Shown one piece after another: positions 1 to 8,561 of a stretch of DNA of 32,000 bases. The notes under the pieces were generated by a model that was not told the DNA's origin, made no database searches, and saw nothing but the letters and a program-made list of their open reading frames with translations. This stretch comes from Bacteroidota bacterium (lineage in GTDB: Bacteria; Bacteroidota; Rhodothermia; Rhodothermales; Rubricoccaceae). The translations under genes and the position numbers were made by a program. The stretch covers positions 11,761 to 43,760 of the forward strand of contig JBCDKM010000007.1 of the NCBI GenBank assembly GCA_038746605.1. Reading direction: 5' to 3'. Positions within the stretch are counted from its first letter, which is position 1, and each line of letters starts with the position of its first letter.

Positions 1-759
1 ATCGACCTGCGGCTGTTCTGCGCGCGATGGCGCTTCGGGTTCGCCGTCAGCACGCCCTGGGACGGCAGCCGCGACGGCCTCCGCCGCAGCCTCCAGTTCT
101 TCGACGCCCACGGCGACGCCGTCCACAAGGTCTTCCTCACGCGAAAGAGCGACGTGGAGGCCTACGAGGCTCTCGTAGAGCGCCACGCCGCTGGAATCAT
201 CGCGTTAGAAGTGGACCCCCGCCCGGCTCCCGAGGCGGAGACCCCCGATGCGGAGGTCGACGCCGATGGCTTCCTCGCGGCCTGGGCCGCGCTCCAGGAC
301 ACCCACGACTTCTTCGCGCTGCTGAACGACTTCGGCGTGAGCCGTACCCAGGGGCTCCGCCTCGCGGAGGGACGCTTCGCCGAGCGCGTGGACGGCGTCT
401 CCGCGCGACGCGTGCTGGAGGGCGCTGCGGAGACGCAGACAGAACTGATGATCTTCGTCGGCAATCGGGGCGGGGTGCAGATCCACTCCGGCGTCGTCAA
501 GAAGCTCAAAGAGTACGGCCCTTGGTTCAACGTGCTGGACCCCGGCTTCAACCTCCACCTGGACGAGAACCAGATTACCGAGTCCTGGGTCGTCGTGAAG
601 CCGACGGAGGACGGTGACGTGACCTCGCTGGAGACCTATGATGCCTCGGGCGAGATCATCGTCCAGTTCTTCGGCAAGCGCAAGCCAGGGGAGCCGGAGC
701 TGAGTGCATGGCGCGAGATCCTCGGCGCCCTTCCCCGTCTGGATTCCGTTACGGCATAG
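1..759 (+). CDS. hemS: Hemin-degrading/heme-transport protein of the HemS/ChuS/PhuS family, C-terminal part (5' end lies outside the window)
   Basis: Frame 1 is open from base 1 and continuous with the 154..759 ORF. Motifs FVGNRGGVQIHSG, GPWFNVLDPGFNLHL, KPTEDGDVTSLE and FGKRKPGEPE match the HemS/ChuS repeat domain. Heme-uptake genes lie nearby. Confidence 0.8.
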   Translation: MDLRLFCARWRFGFAVSTPWDGSRDGLRRSLQFFDAHGDAVHKVFLTRKSDVEAYEALVERHAAGIIALEVDPRPAPEAETPDAEVDADGFLAAWAALQDTHDFFALLNDFGVSRTQGLRLAEGRFAERVDGVSARRVLEGAAETQTELMIFVGNRGGVQIHSGVVKKLKEYGPWFNVLDPGFNLHLDENQITESWVVVKPTEDGDVTSLETYDASGEIIVQFFGKRKPGEPELSAWREILGALPRLDSVTA

Positions 760-842
760 CCCATTCCCACGCCTGAGGGGCCAAGGGGAGTGGCATGGGG
801 AAAGCCCCTAGGATTTCGCTCGTCCCTGCGTATTTTTTGGCG

Positions 843-1316
843 ATGCGGTTCCGCCTCGCCCTGCTCGTTTTGCTGCCGCTCGCTGCGTGCGAGACGCGTA
901 CGAATGCGGAAGCGTCAGAGTCAGCTGCGGAGACTGCACCACAGGAGACCGCGATGGATCTCCCTCGTGAAGTAATGTCTCAGGAGACGATCCCCAACGA
1001 GGCTCCGCGCCCTACAGAGCAGATGGAAGGATCGCTTTCGGGACGGTTCGAATCCAAGATGTCGACGAGCCCGGGAGGTCCGAGGGCGCATCGAGAGGCC
1101 CCCTCTACTGTCAGTCCAGAGGGCGAGAACCTGCCAGTGGATCCGATGCACGCCGCCTGGCTCCAGAGCCAAAGGGAGATTCGCCCCGTGAGGCCAGACA
1201 GTGACCGCGTCGCCCCAGTGCCTACGCCCGAACCTGAGTCTGTCGCCGGGACCCAATCGAACCCCGACAGGCTCCGGGAGGAGCTCGTCTTCCCTGGCTC
1301 ATCGGTGATATTGTAG
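843..1316 (+). CDS. Hypothetical lipoprotein
   Basis: MRFRLALLVLLPLAAC is a signal peptide with a lipobox Cys. The rest is a low-complexity Pro/Glu/Ser-rich mature part. The ORF could also start at 795. Confidence 0.45.
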   Translation: MRFRLALLVLLPLAACETRTNAEASESAAETAPQETAMDLPREVMSQETIPNEAPRPTEQMEGSLSGRFESKMSTSPGGPRAHREAPSTVSPEGENLPVDPMHAAWLQSQREIRPVRPDSDRVAPVPTPEPESVAGTQSNPDRLREELVFPGSSVIL

Positions 1317-1387
1317 GAGCGGAAGGGCCTCCTGGCTTTCCCCGCCTCGGCGCCGAGATCGGAGACTCCGCCCTGTTCCTACCGCTC

Positions 1388-2086
1388 ATGGATCGTTCTA
1401 CCGACCCCGGGTTCGACGCGCGCCGCGCCGCGGGCTATGACACTCACATCCGCCGTATCGCGCCGGGCTACGATGTCTTGCACGATCACATCGCGACGCT
1501 CTTCCTGCGCGCGTTGAGTCCAACGGCACACCTCCTCATCGTAGGCGCCGGGACGGGGGCCGAGGTCGAGCGGCTCGGGCGCGTGGCGCCGGGCTGGCAC
1601 TTCACCGCTGTCGATCCATCGCCCGACATGCTCGCGAAGTGCGCCGAGCGTGTGGATGCGGCGGGGATGACCGGCCGCGTTCGCTATGTAGAGGGCACCA
1701 CAGACGCCGCGCCGCTGGGCCCCTTCGACGCTGCCACGTCTATCTGCGTCGCCCACTTCGTTCTCGATTCAGACGGGCGAGTGCAGTTCTTTGCTGCTAT
1801 CGCCGAGCGCCTCCGGCCCGGAGCTCCGTTCGTCCAGGCCGACCTGTTCCGACCGGGCGCCGAGGCGGCACATGAGCTCCTGATGGGGACATGGCGCCGC
1901 ACGGTCCTCGGTGCGGGAATGCCGGAAGAAGAGGCAGAAGCGTTCTTCGGTCGGGTAAACCAGAACGTCTGTCTCGCGGATGAGGAGACGCTCTCGCGAG
2001 AAAGCACCGCTGCCGGGTTCGGCCCGCGCGTCCGGTTCCACCAATCGCTGTTGTGGGGCGCGTGGCTCATGGAGCGCACCTCGTGA
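1388..2086 (+). CDS. Class I SAM-dependent methyltransferase
   Basis: The glycine-rich SAM motif LIVGAGTGAE is followed by FTAVDPSPDML and a Rossmann-type strand pattern. Third-position GC is high. Confidence 0.75.
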   Translation: MDRSTDPGFDARRAAGYDTHIRRIAPGYDVLHDHIATLFLRALSPTAHLLIVGAGTGAEVERLGRVAPGWHFTAVDPSPDMLAKCAERVDAAGMTGRVRYVEGTTDAAPLGPFDAATSICVAHFVLDSDGRVQFFAAIAERLRPGAPFVQADLFRPGAEAAHELLMGTWRRTVLGAGMPEEEAEAFFGRVNQNVCLADEETLSRESTAAGFGPRVRFHQSLLWGAWLMERTS

Positions 2087-2090
2087 GTGC

Positions 2091-2110
2091 CCGCCTCGGC
2101 GCCGAGGCGG
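2091..2110. repeat. CCGCCTCGG palindromic element, short-loop copy, acting as a bidirectional terminator-like hairpin
   Basis: ccgcctcgg-cg-ccgaggcgg is a perfect palindrome, extended by c2090 and g2111. It lies between the convergent stops at 2086 (+) and 2126 (-). Confidence 0.85.
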
Positions 2111-2125
2111 GCGACCTCGCGTCTC

Positions 2126-2482
2126 CTAAGCCGGCGGCCTCGGGCCGAGCGCACCGAGCAGAAGCTCATCGAGGGCGAGGATGACCGTGGCCTGATGAAG
2201 CAAGTCCGAGAGCACGTCTGCGTCGTCGTCCCAGAGGTCGAAGGTGACGGATTGGCGAGCGGTCTCGGCGCGAAGGGACCAGCCCCAGACGGCTCCGGGT
2301 TGGTCCATCGCGCCGCAGACAGCCGAGAGTGTGTCTCGCATGCGCGCCATCTCGTCCCGTGTCATGGTGAGGCCTACGCCGTTGAACCGTAGCGCGATGT
2401 TCCCGCAGCAGTGGCAGAGGCGGATGGTCCCACGATCACAAGTGGCGAGGGTAGGATCCGCGAGGGCCGTGGGGGTAGCCAT
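2126..2482 (-). CDS. Hypothetical protein with a Cys-rich N-terminus
   Basis: 118-aa ORF with coding-like composition and the segment CDRGTIRLCHCCGNIALRF. I recognise no family. Confidence 0.45.
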   Translation of the reverse strand: MATPTALADPTLATCDRGTIRLCHCCGNIALRFNGVGLTMTRDEMARMRDTLSAVCGAMDQPGAVWGWSLRAETARQSVTFDLWDDDADVLSDLLHQATVILALDELLLGALGPRPPA

Positions 2483-2494
2483 AAAAGCGAAGCG

Positions 2495-2521
2495 CCCCGC
2501 TGGTGGTGGGGACCAGCGGGG
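2495..2521 (-). terminator. Putative intrinsic terminator after hmuY
   Basis: The arms ccccgctgg and ccagcgggg form a 9-bp stem with a 9-nt loop, 9 nt past the hmuY TAG stop. On the minus strand it is followed by cgcttcgcttttatg. Confidence 0.4.
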
Positions 2522-2529
2522 CGAGAGAG

Positions 2530-3249
2530 CTAAAGAGTGACCGGGGTGGTGGTCTCGAAGCCGCGCGAGCCGTCCGGCTGGAGAACGTAGTCGAACGTGT
2601 AGTAGCGGCCCGTGTCTGTGTTGGGGTCTGGGGTGGCCGGGTTGTTCTCGTAGTAGCTCAGGATGCGCATCTTCGCATAGTCGCCCTCGCTTGTCTGGAG
2701 AACGATGGTGCGGCCCGCGAGCGGCGAGACGAGGTTGAGCTGGCCGTTGTAGTTGTACCAGCCGTTGTCCGAACCGGTGCAGACGGCATACGGCGCACCG
2801 GGGAAGGTGCCCCCTGGTGTTTCGACGGCGGGGCAGGAGTTCTGACCGTCCTGGAGGTAGCCGTCCGCTGGCGCCTCTGTCAACTCGGCGAAGAGCGTGC
2901 TTTCCAGAAGCTGGCCGCGAACCGTGCCCGGACCACTGATCCCGCTGTTGAAGATGATCGTCGTGGTCTTAAAGCCGATGTCCCAAGCCGTCCCCGTCGA
3001 GTCAGCAGCCCGGACGGCGGGGTCCGTCTCGTTAGACGAGAGGACGATCGAGCCGGTGTCGATGTCGTAGAGGGTGAACAACTCCCGACCGACCGGGCCA
3101 GTCGGGCCGAAGCCGATGGCGAGGTCCGCGGGGATGTTCGTAGCCGTCTGGACATCGAGTGGGATTGGGTCCGGCTCAGGGTCGGCGGAGTCGCAGGCGG
3201 TGAGGGTGAGCGCGCCAAGAAGGAGCGCGCAGAGAGTGAAGCGGTTCAT
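2530..3249 (-). CDS. hmuY: HmuY-family heme-binding lipoprotein
   Basis: Start taken at ATG 3249, giving MNRFTLCALLLGALTLTAC (lipobox). AWDIGFKTTTIIFNSGISGPG resembles the HmuY WDIAF...NGG.SG block. It lies directly downstream of a TonB-dependent receptor. The part of the ORF upstream of 3249 overlaps the receptor and looks spurious. Confidence 0.7.
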   Translation of the reverse strand: MNRFTLCALLLGALTLTACDSADPEPDPIPLDVQTATNIPADLAIGFGPTGPVGRELFTLYDIDTGSIVLSSNETDPAVRAADSTGTAWDIGFKTTTIIFNSGISGPGTVRGQLLESTLFAELTEAPADGYLQDGQNSCPAVETPGGTFPGAPYAVCTGSDNGWYNYNGQLNLVSPLAGRTIVLQTSEGDYAKMRILSYYENNPATPDPNTDTGRYYTFDYVLQPDGSRGFETTTPVTL

Positions 3250-3349
3250 ATCAGGAGGGCGCTGCGAAGCGCCAGTGGTGAAGTCAGGGCCCTCAGGGGG
3301 CGAGTGGGGGCGCCTCGGGAGGTCCCATGGACGAACCGAGGCGGGAACG

Positions 3350-5665
3350 TCAGAGCGTGAAGCCGAGGGATGCGAAGACCGTCCGGCCTGGAAGCGAAGG
3401 CACGAGTGTGCCACGCGTGGTGCCGAGCACGTTGTCCATGCCGAGTTGTGCCGCCAGCCGTCCGGTGGGCAGTGCGAACTCGTGCGAGAGCGTGAGGTCC
3501 AGGACGAGCGTGGCGGGGACGAACTCGTCGGGCCGGTTGGCGATGCCGTTGCCATCGAAGTCCGCGTAGCCGTAGCGGCTGCGCCAGCGCCCCTGTAGGG
3601 CGGCGACGGTCTCGCTGAGACCGAGCGCGCCCAGGCGGTAGCGCGTGCGAAGCGTGGCGGCGTGCGGAGAGCGCCCGAAGAGGCCGTCATAGTCGCCGAG
3701 GGTGAGCCGGTACTCGCGGCCGTCCGGGTCGCGACCGAAGACGCCACCCTCCTGAAGGCCCCGGACGATCTCGCGGTTGCGTGCCTGGAGAAACTGGTAG
3801 CTAGTGGAGACTTCGAGTCCGTCCGCCGGGCGGGCCGTGAGCGTGCTGGTGATACCTCGGGTGTAGACCTCCGCGAGGTTGAAGTAGGCGAAGACCTGCT
3901 GTCCGTTGGACTTCATCGCCACCGGCTGCGTCTCGATAAGGTCGTTGACCTCATTCCAGAAGCCGCCCACGTCCACGTTCAGCCACGAGGCCACGTCCAC
4001 ACTCGTGCCCATGTTGAACGCGATAGAGCTTTCCGAGCGGATCGGATCGAGCGTCGTGGGATCGATGAACTGCTGCGCGATCTGGCCGTCGGCCTCTAGA
4101 CCTGCCAGGCCTTCCGCCAGGCGGGTGGAGCCGAAGACGCTGTAGCCAGCAGCGGCGTTGGTAAACGTGAGATAGAGTTGGCGGAAGGCGGGGGCCTTGA
4201 ACCCACTGCCAACGCTCGCGCGGAGGCGGACGGCCTCGGTCGGGCGGAGCAGAGCGGAGACCTTGGGTGACAGCCGCGCGGCGTAGTCCGAATGAGCATC
4301 GAAGCGGGCGCTCGCGTTGAGTTCGAGCAGACGCGAGGGCGCCCACTCATGCTGCGCGAAGGCGAAGATCTGCGTGGCCTCGGGACGGCCTCCTGCCGCG
4401 TTGGGCTGGTACCGGTCGCCCGCCAGCCGCTCGCCGATCACGCCTGCGCCTGCAACGGTGAGATGCTCCGCATTCCAGAGCCCGTTGGCTTGCACCTCGA
4501 TTTTACCGTACTGCTGGTCGAAGTCGTCGGAGAAGGTGACGGCGCCGTCGGATTGGCGGGTGAAGCGCGTCTCGGTCTGGTAGCGAGCGCCGTAGAGCGT
4601 GCCGGTGACTCCGATCTGATCGGAGAGTCGGACGTTGACTTCGGGGTGGACGCTCCAGTCCGTGCGGTTCGCGCGGTCATCGAAGCGGACCTCGTCTGCA
4701 CCGCTGCCCTGAGAGTACCCGCCGCTCTGGTCCTGAGTCGCGAGGCGGGCGCCGAGGCTGAACGTGGTCCGGCCGAGGTCCGCGCGGGTGCGCAGATCCG
4801 CGGTGTAGTCCGCGAACTCGGGGATCGTCGCGCCGAAGGACTCAGGGGTGAGGTCGTAGCCGTTGGAGCCGTAGCGGTTGAAGAGGACTCGCGCGCCCCA
4901 GTTGTCGCGCCCGATGGCCCCCTCCGCCACGAGGTCGGTCTCACCGTAAGAGCCCGCCCGCAGCCTCGTGCCCGCGACCTGCCGCCCTGCTTCGGGAAAC
5001 GAGGTCACGAGGTTGACGACGCCTGCGAGTGCCTCGGAGCCGTAGAGCGAGGACGACGGTCCCTCCACGATCTCGACGCGCTCCAACCCAGCAACCGGGA
5101 TCCGGTTCAGGCTGAGGGTTCCGGCCGTGCGCCCGATGACCGGCTCGCCATCGAGGAGGATGAGCGTGTAGTCCGGGTCGAAACCCTGAATCTGAAGGCC
5201 GGTGCCGTGGTCCTCTGTGAGGAAGAGGCCCGGGAGCGATTCGAGCGCGTCCGAGAGGCGGACGGCGCCCTGCTCGCGCAACTCCTCCGCCGTCACAACC
5301 GTGATCGGAACGGCGATGTCTTCGAGCGCTTTCGTGGTCCGAGTCGCCGTCACGACGACGCGGCCTGGATCGAGCGCGACTGGCTCCAGTGTCACGTCGA
5401 GGCGGACCGTCTCGCCCTCGGCAGCAGTGCCAGTCACGCGGGCGGTCTCGTGCCCGACGGCGCTGACGAGCAGCATGAAGCCGCCCGCCTCGGGGAGATC
5501 GAGCCGGTAGCGGCCCTCGGCATCGGCGGCGGTGCCGCGCTCAGTCTCGGCGAGGCGTACGCTGGCGAAGGGGACCGGGGCACCCTCGGCCTTGATGGTG
5601 CCTTCGACGGACTGCGCTGCCGCAGTCCCAGCGAAGAGGAGAGAGAAAACGAGGAGGCGTCTCAC
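3350..5665 (-). CDS. hmuR: TonB-dependent outer-membrane receptor (carboxypeptidase-regulatory-like domain + plug + barrel), probable heme receptor
   Basis: A signal peptide (V)RRLLVFSLLFAGTAAAQS follows GTG 5665. The segment VEGTIKAEGAPVPFASVRLAETERGTAADAEGRYRL is CarboxypepD_reg-like. The plug carries VTVVTAEELREQGA and LLDGEPV. The long barrel sits next to hmuY. The ORF could also start at 5752. Confidence 0.8.
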   Translation of the reverse strand: MRRLLVFSLLFAGTAAAQSVEGTIKAEGAPVPFASVRLAETERGTAADAEGRYRLDLPEAGGFMLLVSAVGHETARVTGTAAEGETVRLDVTLEPVALDPGRVVVTATRTTKALEDIAVPITVVTAEELREQGAVRLSDALESLPGLFLTEDHGTGLQIQGFDPDYTLILLDGEPVIGRTAGTLSLNRIPVAGLERVEIVEGPSSSLYGSEALAGVVNLVTSFPEAGRQVAGTRLRAGSYGETDLVAEGAIGRDNWGARVLFNRYGSNGYDLTPESFGATIPEFADYTADLRTRADLGRTTFSLGARLATQDQSGGYSQGSGADEVRFDDRANRTDWSVHPEVNVRLSDQIGVTGTLYGARYQTETRFTRQSDGAVTFSDDFDQQYGKIEVQANGLWNAEHLTVAGAGVIGERLAGDRYQPNAAGGRPEATQIFAFAQHEWAPSRLLELNASARFDAHSDYAARLSPKVSALLRPTEAVRLRASVGSGFKAPAFRQLYLTFTNAAAGYSVFGSTRLAEGLAGLEADGQIAQQFIDPTTLDPIRSESSIAFNMGTSVDVASWLNVDVGGFWNEVNDLIETQPVAMKSNGQQVFAYFNLAEVYTRGITSTLTARPADGLEVSTSYQFLQARNREIVRGLQEGGVFGRDPDGREYRLTLGDYDGLFGRSPHAATLRTRYRLGALGLSETVAALQGRWRSRYGYADFDGNGIANRPDEFVPATLVLDLTLSHEFALPTGRLAAQLGMDNVLGTTRGTLVPSLPGRTVFASLGFTL

Positions 5666-5776
5666 TGCTATGTAGACTGAGTCCAGATAGAAAGCTAGGG
5701 GCTCGTCCCAGGGTTTCGCGCCTGTGGCGGACTCCTTTTCCGCCGGTTTCACAAAGGGCTCTCGGAGCCCGAGGGC

Positions 5777-6502
5777 TTACGTCTCGCGGTCGTATGCGTC
5801 CGCAATGGTGAGTTGGACCTCGTTGGTAAACCGGTTGACTTTGCGCACGAGCGCGACCTGATCCGAGACGGGCTGCTCGTGCAGGTGCGGGTAGTAGGCC
5901 GTGCTCTCGGAGAGCACATCGCGGAAGAAGTGGGTGGCGCGGAGCGCCTCCGCGTAGGGGACGCCGTGCGCTTTGAGCTTGCGCGCGTAGTTGCGCGTCA
6001 GCCGCCGGACCTCGGGCCAGAGGTTGTCCTCGTCGGTGGTTCCAGAGACGTACTGGAGCAGGAGCCCCATGAGCCGCCGCCCGTTCTCGCGGCTCTGTTT
6101 TTTCTCCTCTTCGGAGAGCGCGTCTGACCAGTCCTCGTCTGAGTGGGTGCTGATCTCGTATCGCGTGTGGACGACGGCGTGCTGAGCCCAGGCTCGGTCG
6201 GCGGGGTTGTTGGTCTCCGGGAGGCCTCCGGCGAGCGGCGTCCGCGCGGTGCCTTTGCGCCCGGTCTGGCGGAGGGCTTCGGCCGCATCGCGCGGGATTC
6301 GGCGATGGCCGCCGGGGGTCCGGGTCTCCGGGAGACGGCCCTCGTCCGTCCAGCGCCGGATGGTATCGACGTGGACGCCGAGGAGATCAGCGGCCTGGCG
6401 GACAGTGAGAAGGTTGGGGTCGGGCACTGCCGAGGTTTGGCTTCGGGACCGAGGGTACAGATAGGGCAAAACTAGGTTCGTGAAGAGGTGGCGAGACGGC
6501 AT
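5777..6502 (-). CDS. MerR/excisionase-type HTH DNA-binding protein with a C-terminal helical sensor-like domain
   Basis: LTVRQAADLLGVHVDTIRRWTDEGRLPETRTPGGHRRI is a MerR/excisionase-family HTH. Start taken at ATG 6502 (ORF extends to 6601). About 150 aa of all-helical C-terminal region follows. Confidence 0.6.
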   Translation of the reverse strand: MPSRHLFTNLVLPYLYPRSRSQTSAVPDPNLLTVRQAADLLGVHVDTIRRWTDEGRLPETRTPGGHRRIPRDAAEALRQTGRKGTARTPLAGGLPETNNPADRAWAQHAVVHTRYEISTHSDEDWSDALSEEEKKQSRENGRRLMGLLLQYVSGTTDEDNLWPEVRRLTRNYARKLKAHGVPYAEALRATHFFRDVLSESTAYYPHLHEQPVSDQVALVRKVNRFTNEVQLTIADAYDRET

Positions 6503-6656
6503 CGGGTCCCCTGCGGTCGTGGCTTGGATCTGAATGCTCCGAACTGCCTCGTCAGGCGCATTCTCGGTGCCCCTCCGGCATGTGGATCGTCGCGCGGGCA
6601 TCGTCTGACTCCGGCGAGGTGGGCGACGGCGTAGAGCGGCATCTCTCTGAGGTACA

Positions 6657-6676
6657 CCGCCTCGGTGCCGAGGCGG
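6657..6676. repeat. CCGCCTCGG palindromic element, short-loop copy
   Basis: ccgcctcgg-tg-ccgaggcgg, 68 nt downstream of the glpQ stop on the minus strand. Confidence 0.85.
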
Positions 6677-6743
6677 AGGGAGTCACCGCGAGGGGGGCCC
6701 ACGTCTGGTGCCCCACGTCTGGTGGCCTGCGTCTGCGTGAGAG

Positions 6744-7739
6744 CTATCGCCCAAGGGCTGCAAGCACGAGGTCGGGGTGATCCGAGAAGAGGCCATCCAC
6801 GCCCGCCTCGGCGAGAGCGCGGACTTCCCCCGAGAGGTCGCCGTGGGCGGCATCATCGCCCGTGCGGAAGGGAGGAAGGAGAAAAACGTTCTCAGCACGG
6901 ATCGTCCAGACGTGGACGTGCAGACCAGCCGCATGTGCGGACCCGACCAGCTCGGTTGGAGCGGCCGTCTCCAGATTCAGCACCATCGCCTTGTGAACAC
7001 CGATGGCGTCCGCGTACGTCGCGATCTCGGTGAGGCCATCGGGCGTCACCATCGCGTCGTAGGTCAGGTCTGGGCGGTCCGCTGGGGAGCCGCCGGGGTA
7101 CGCGAGTTGGACGAGCCGGAGATCGGTCGCCTCGCGCAACTGGCGGAGGTTCTCGACCTCAAAGGACTGGATCCAGACGGGCGCCTCGCGTGACGTGTAG
7201 CCCGCGCCGTGCAGCGCGGCGAGCAGCGGCTCCTCCAGCGGTAGACCGATCTCCCGGAAGTAGCTGGGGTGCTTTGTCTCGGGGTAGAGCCCGACGGGTC
7301 GGCCGCGCGCCTCGCCCATCTCGCGGGCCAGCGCGAGCACCTCGTCCAGCGTCGGCACCTCGAACTGCCCGTCGTAGGCGGTAGAACGGAGGTCGGGCAG
7401 GCGCTCGATGGCGCGAAGGGTCTTCAACTCGGCCAGCGTGAGGTCCTCGGTGAACCAGCCCGTGACCTCCTCGCCATCTATGATCTTGGTGGTGCGGCGA
7501 TCGGCGAGCTCGGGGCGCGAGGCGACGTCGGTCGTGCCGGAGATCTCGTTCTCGTGGCGGGCGACGAGGACGCCGTCGGCAGTACTGACGAGGTCGGGTT
7601 CGATGACATCGGCGCCTTGGTCCACTGCGAGGCGGTAGGCTTCGAGAGTGTGCTCCGGCCGGTGGCCGCTGGCGCCACGATGGGCGATGACGAGGACGGT
7701 GTCGGGAGCCACGGCGAGGGCGAGGAGGAGAGCAAGCAT
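6744..7739 (-). CDS. glpQ: Glycerophosphodiester phosphodiesterase, secreted
   Basis: VIAHRGASGHRPEHTLEAYRLAVDQGADVIEPDLVSTADGVLVARHENEISGTTDV is the GDPD catalytic region. A signal-like MLALLLALAVAP follows ATG 7739 (ORF extends to 7787). Confidence 0.8.
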   Translation of the reverse strand: MLALLLALAVAPDTVLVIAHRGASGHRPEHTLEAYRLAVDQGADVIEPDLVSTADGVLVARHENEISGTTDVASRPELADRRTTKIIDGEEVTGWFTEDLTLAELKTLRAIERLPDLRSTAYDGQFEVPTLDEVLALAREMGEARGRPVGLYPETKHPSYFREIGLPLEEPLLAALHGAGYTSREAPVWIQSFEVENLRQLREATDLRLVQLAYPGGSPADRPDLTYDAMVTPDGLTEIATYADAIGVHKAMVLNLETAAPTELVGSAHAAGLHVHVWTIRAENVFLLPPFRTGDDAAHGDLSGEVRALAEAGVDGLFSDHPDLVLAALGR

Positions 7740-7792
7740 GTTACAGGATCGGCACGGCGCGCCGTCCGTGCATCCGGCGGACTCCACCGCGT

Positions 7793-7826
7793 CCGCCTCG
7801 GTGTCTCCGCGAACAACCCGAGGCGG
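7793..7826. repeat. CCGCCTCGG palindromic element, long-loop (16-nt) copy
   Basis: ccgcctcgg-tgtctccgcgaacaac-ccgaggcgg, downstream of the GT2 stop at 7863 and upstream of the glpQ start. Confidence 0.8.
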
Positions 7827-7862
7827 GCGGAACAGGGCGGTGGGTCGCGTCGCGATCTCGCC

Positions 7863-8561
7863 TCAGCGGCGCCCGAGCGCCAGCGCGCCGATGGTCCAGA
7901 GGATCTTCGCGCCTGCTCGTATGCTGCCGGAGAGCGTTCCGCTGATGGTGCTCTCGCCTGCCCGGCGGCGGCGGTAGCCGACAGGCACCTCGGCGCAGCG
8001 GAGCCCAGCCCGTGCTGCCCGCGCCTGCATCTCGACGGTCCATCCCCAGGTCTCGTCCTTCATCCCGAGGGCTTGGAGCGCGTCCCACCGGATCACGCGA
8101 AAGGGTCCGAGGTCCGTCCATGCAGTGCCCCAGCGGGCGCGGACGAGGCGACTCGCCAGAGCATTGCCGAGGCGCTGCACCGGCGTCAAGGCGCCCGTCT
8201 CCACGCGTCCCTCGCGCGCTCCGAGCACGCGGCTCCCGACCACGAGGTCGGCGGTCTCCAGTGCGTCGAGAAGCGCCGGGAGGTCCGTGAGGTCGTCGCT
8301 TGCGTCGGCATCGGTGAAGACGACGGCTTCGGGCGGAGCCTCGGCTAAGGCCGCGAGCCCCGCGAGGCAGGCCCGACCGTAGCCGCGCCGCGTCTCCATG
8401 AGCACGAGGGCGCCCGCCTCGGTGGCCTCCCGGACGGTGCCATCGCGCGAGCCGCCGTCTACCACCACGACCGGATCCGCGCCGTACGACCGCAGCGCAC
8501 GAACCACGGAGGCAACCGTCGCGGCCTCGTTCAGCGCCGGGACGATGGCCGCGAACCTCAC
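7863..8561 (-). CDS. Family 2 glycosyltransferase
   Basis: (M)RFAAIVPALNEAATV...VVVVDGGSRDGT...FTDADASD is the GT-A/GT2 N-terminal pattern. The GTG start overlaps the upstream stop as GTGA. Confidence 0.7.
   Translation of the reverse strand: MRFAAIVPALNEAATVASVVRALRSYGADPVVVVDGGSRDGTVREATEAGALVLMETRRGYGRACLAGLAALAEAPPEAVVFTDADASDDLTDLPALLDALETADLVVGSRVLGAREGRVETGALTPVQRLGNALASRLVRARWGTAWTDLGPFRVIRWDALQALGMKDETWGWTVEMQARAARAGLRCAEVPVGYRRRRAGESTISGTLSGSIRAGAKILWTIGALALGRR

Noticed and set aside
3250-3747. The 5' extension of the hmuY ORF, which would give 405 aa.
   Set aside because: It overlaps the 3' end of the TonB receptor gene in another frame and is Ser/Pro/Arg/Thr-rich junk. A clean lipoprotein signal peptide starts at ATG 3249.
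4292-5680. Long ORFs antisense to well-supported genes. Examples are 4292..5680 (+), 9463..11040 (+), 13997..14947 (-), 15892..17235 (+), 20061..21350 (-) and 26836..28224 (-).
   Set aside because: This is a typical high-GC artefact. The translations are Arg/Gly/Pro/Ala-rich with no motifs. Each lies opposite a gene with strong family signatures and the correct third-position GC skew.
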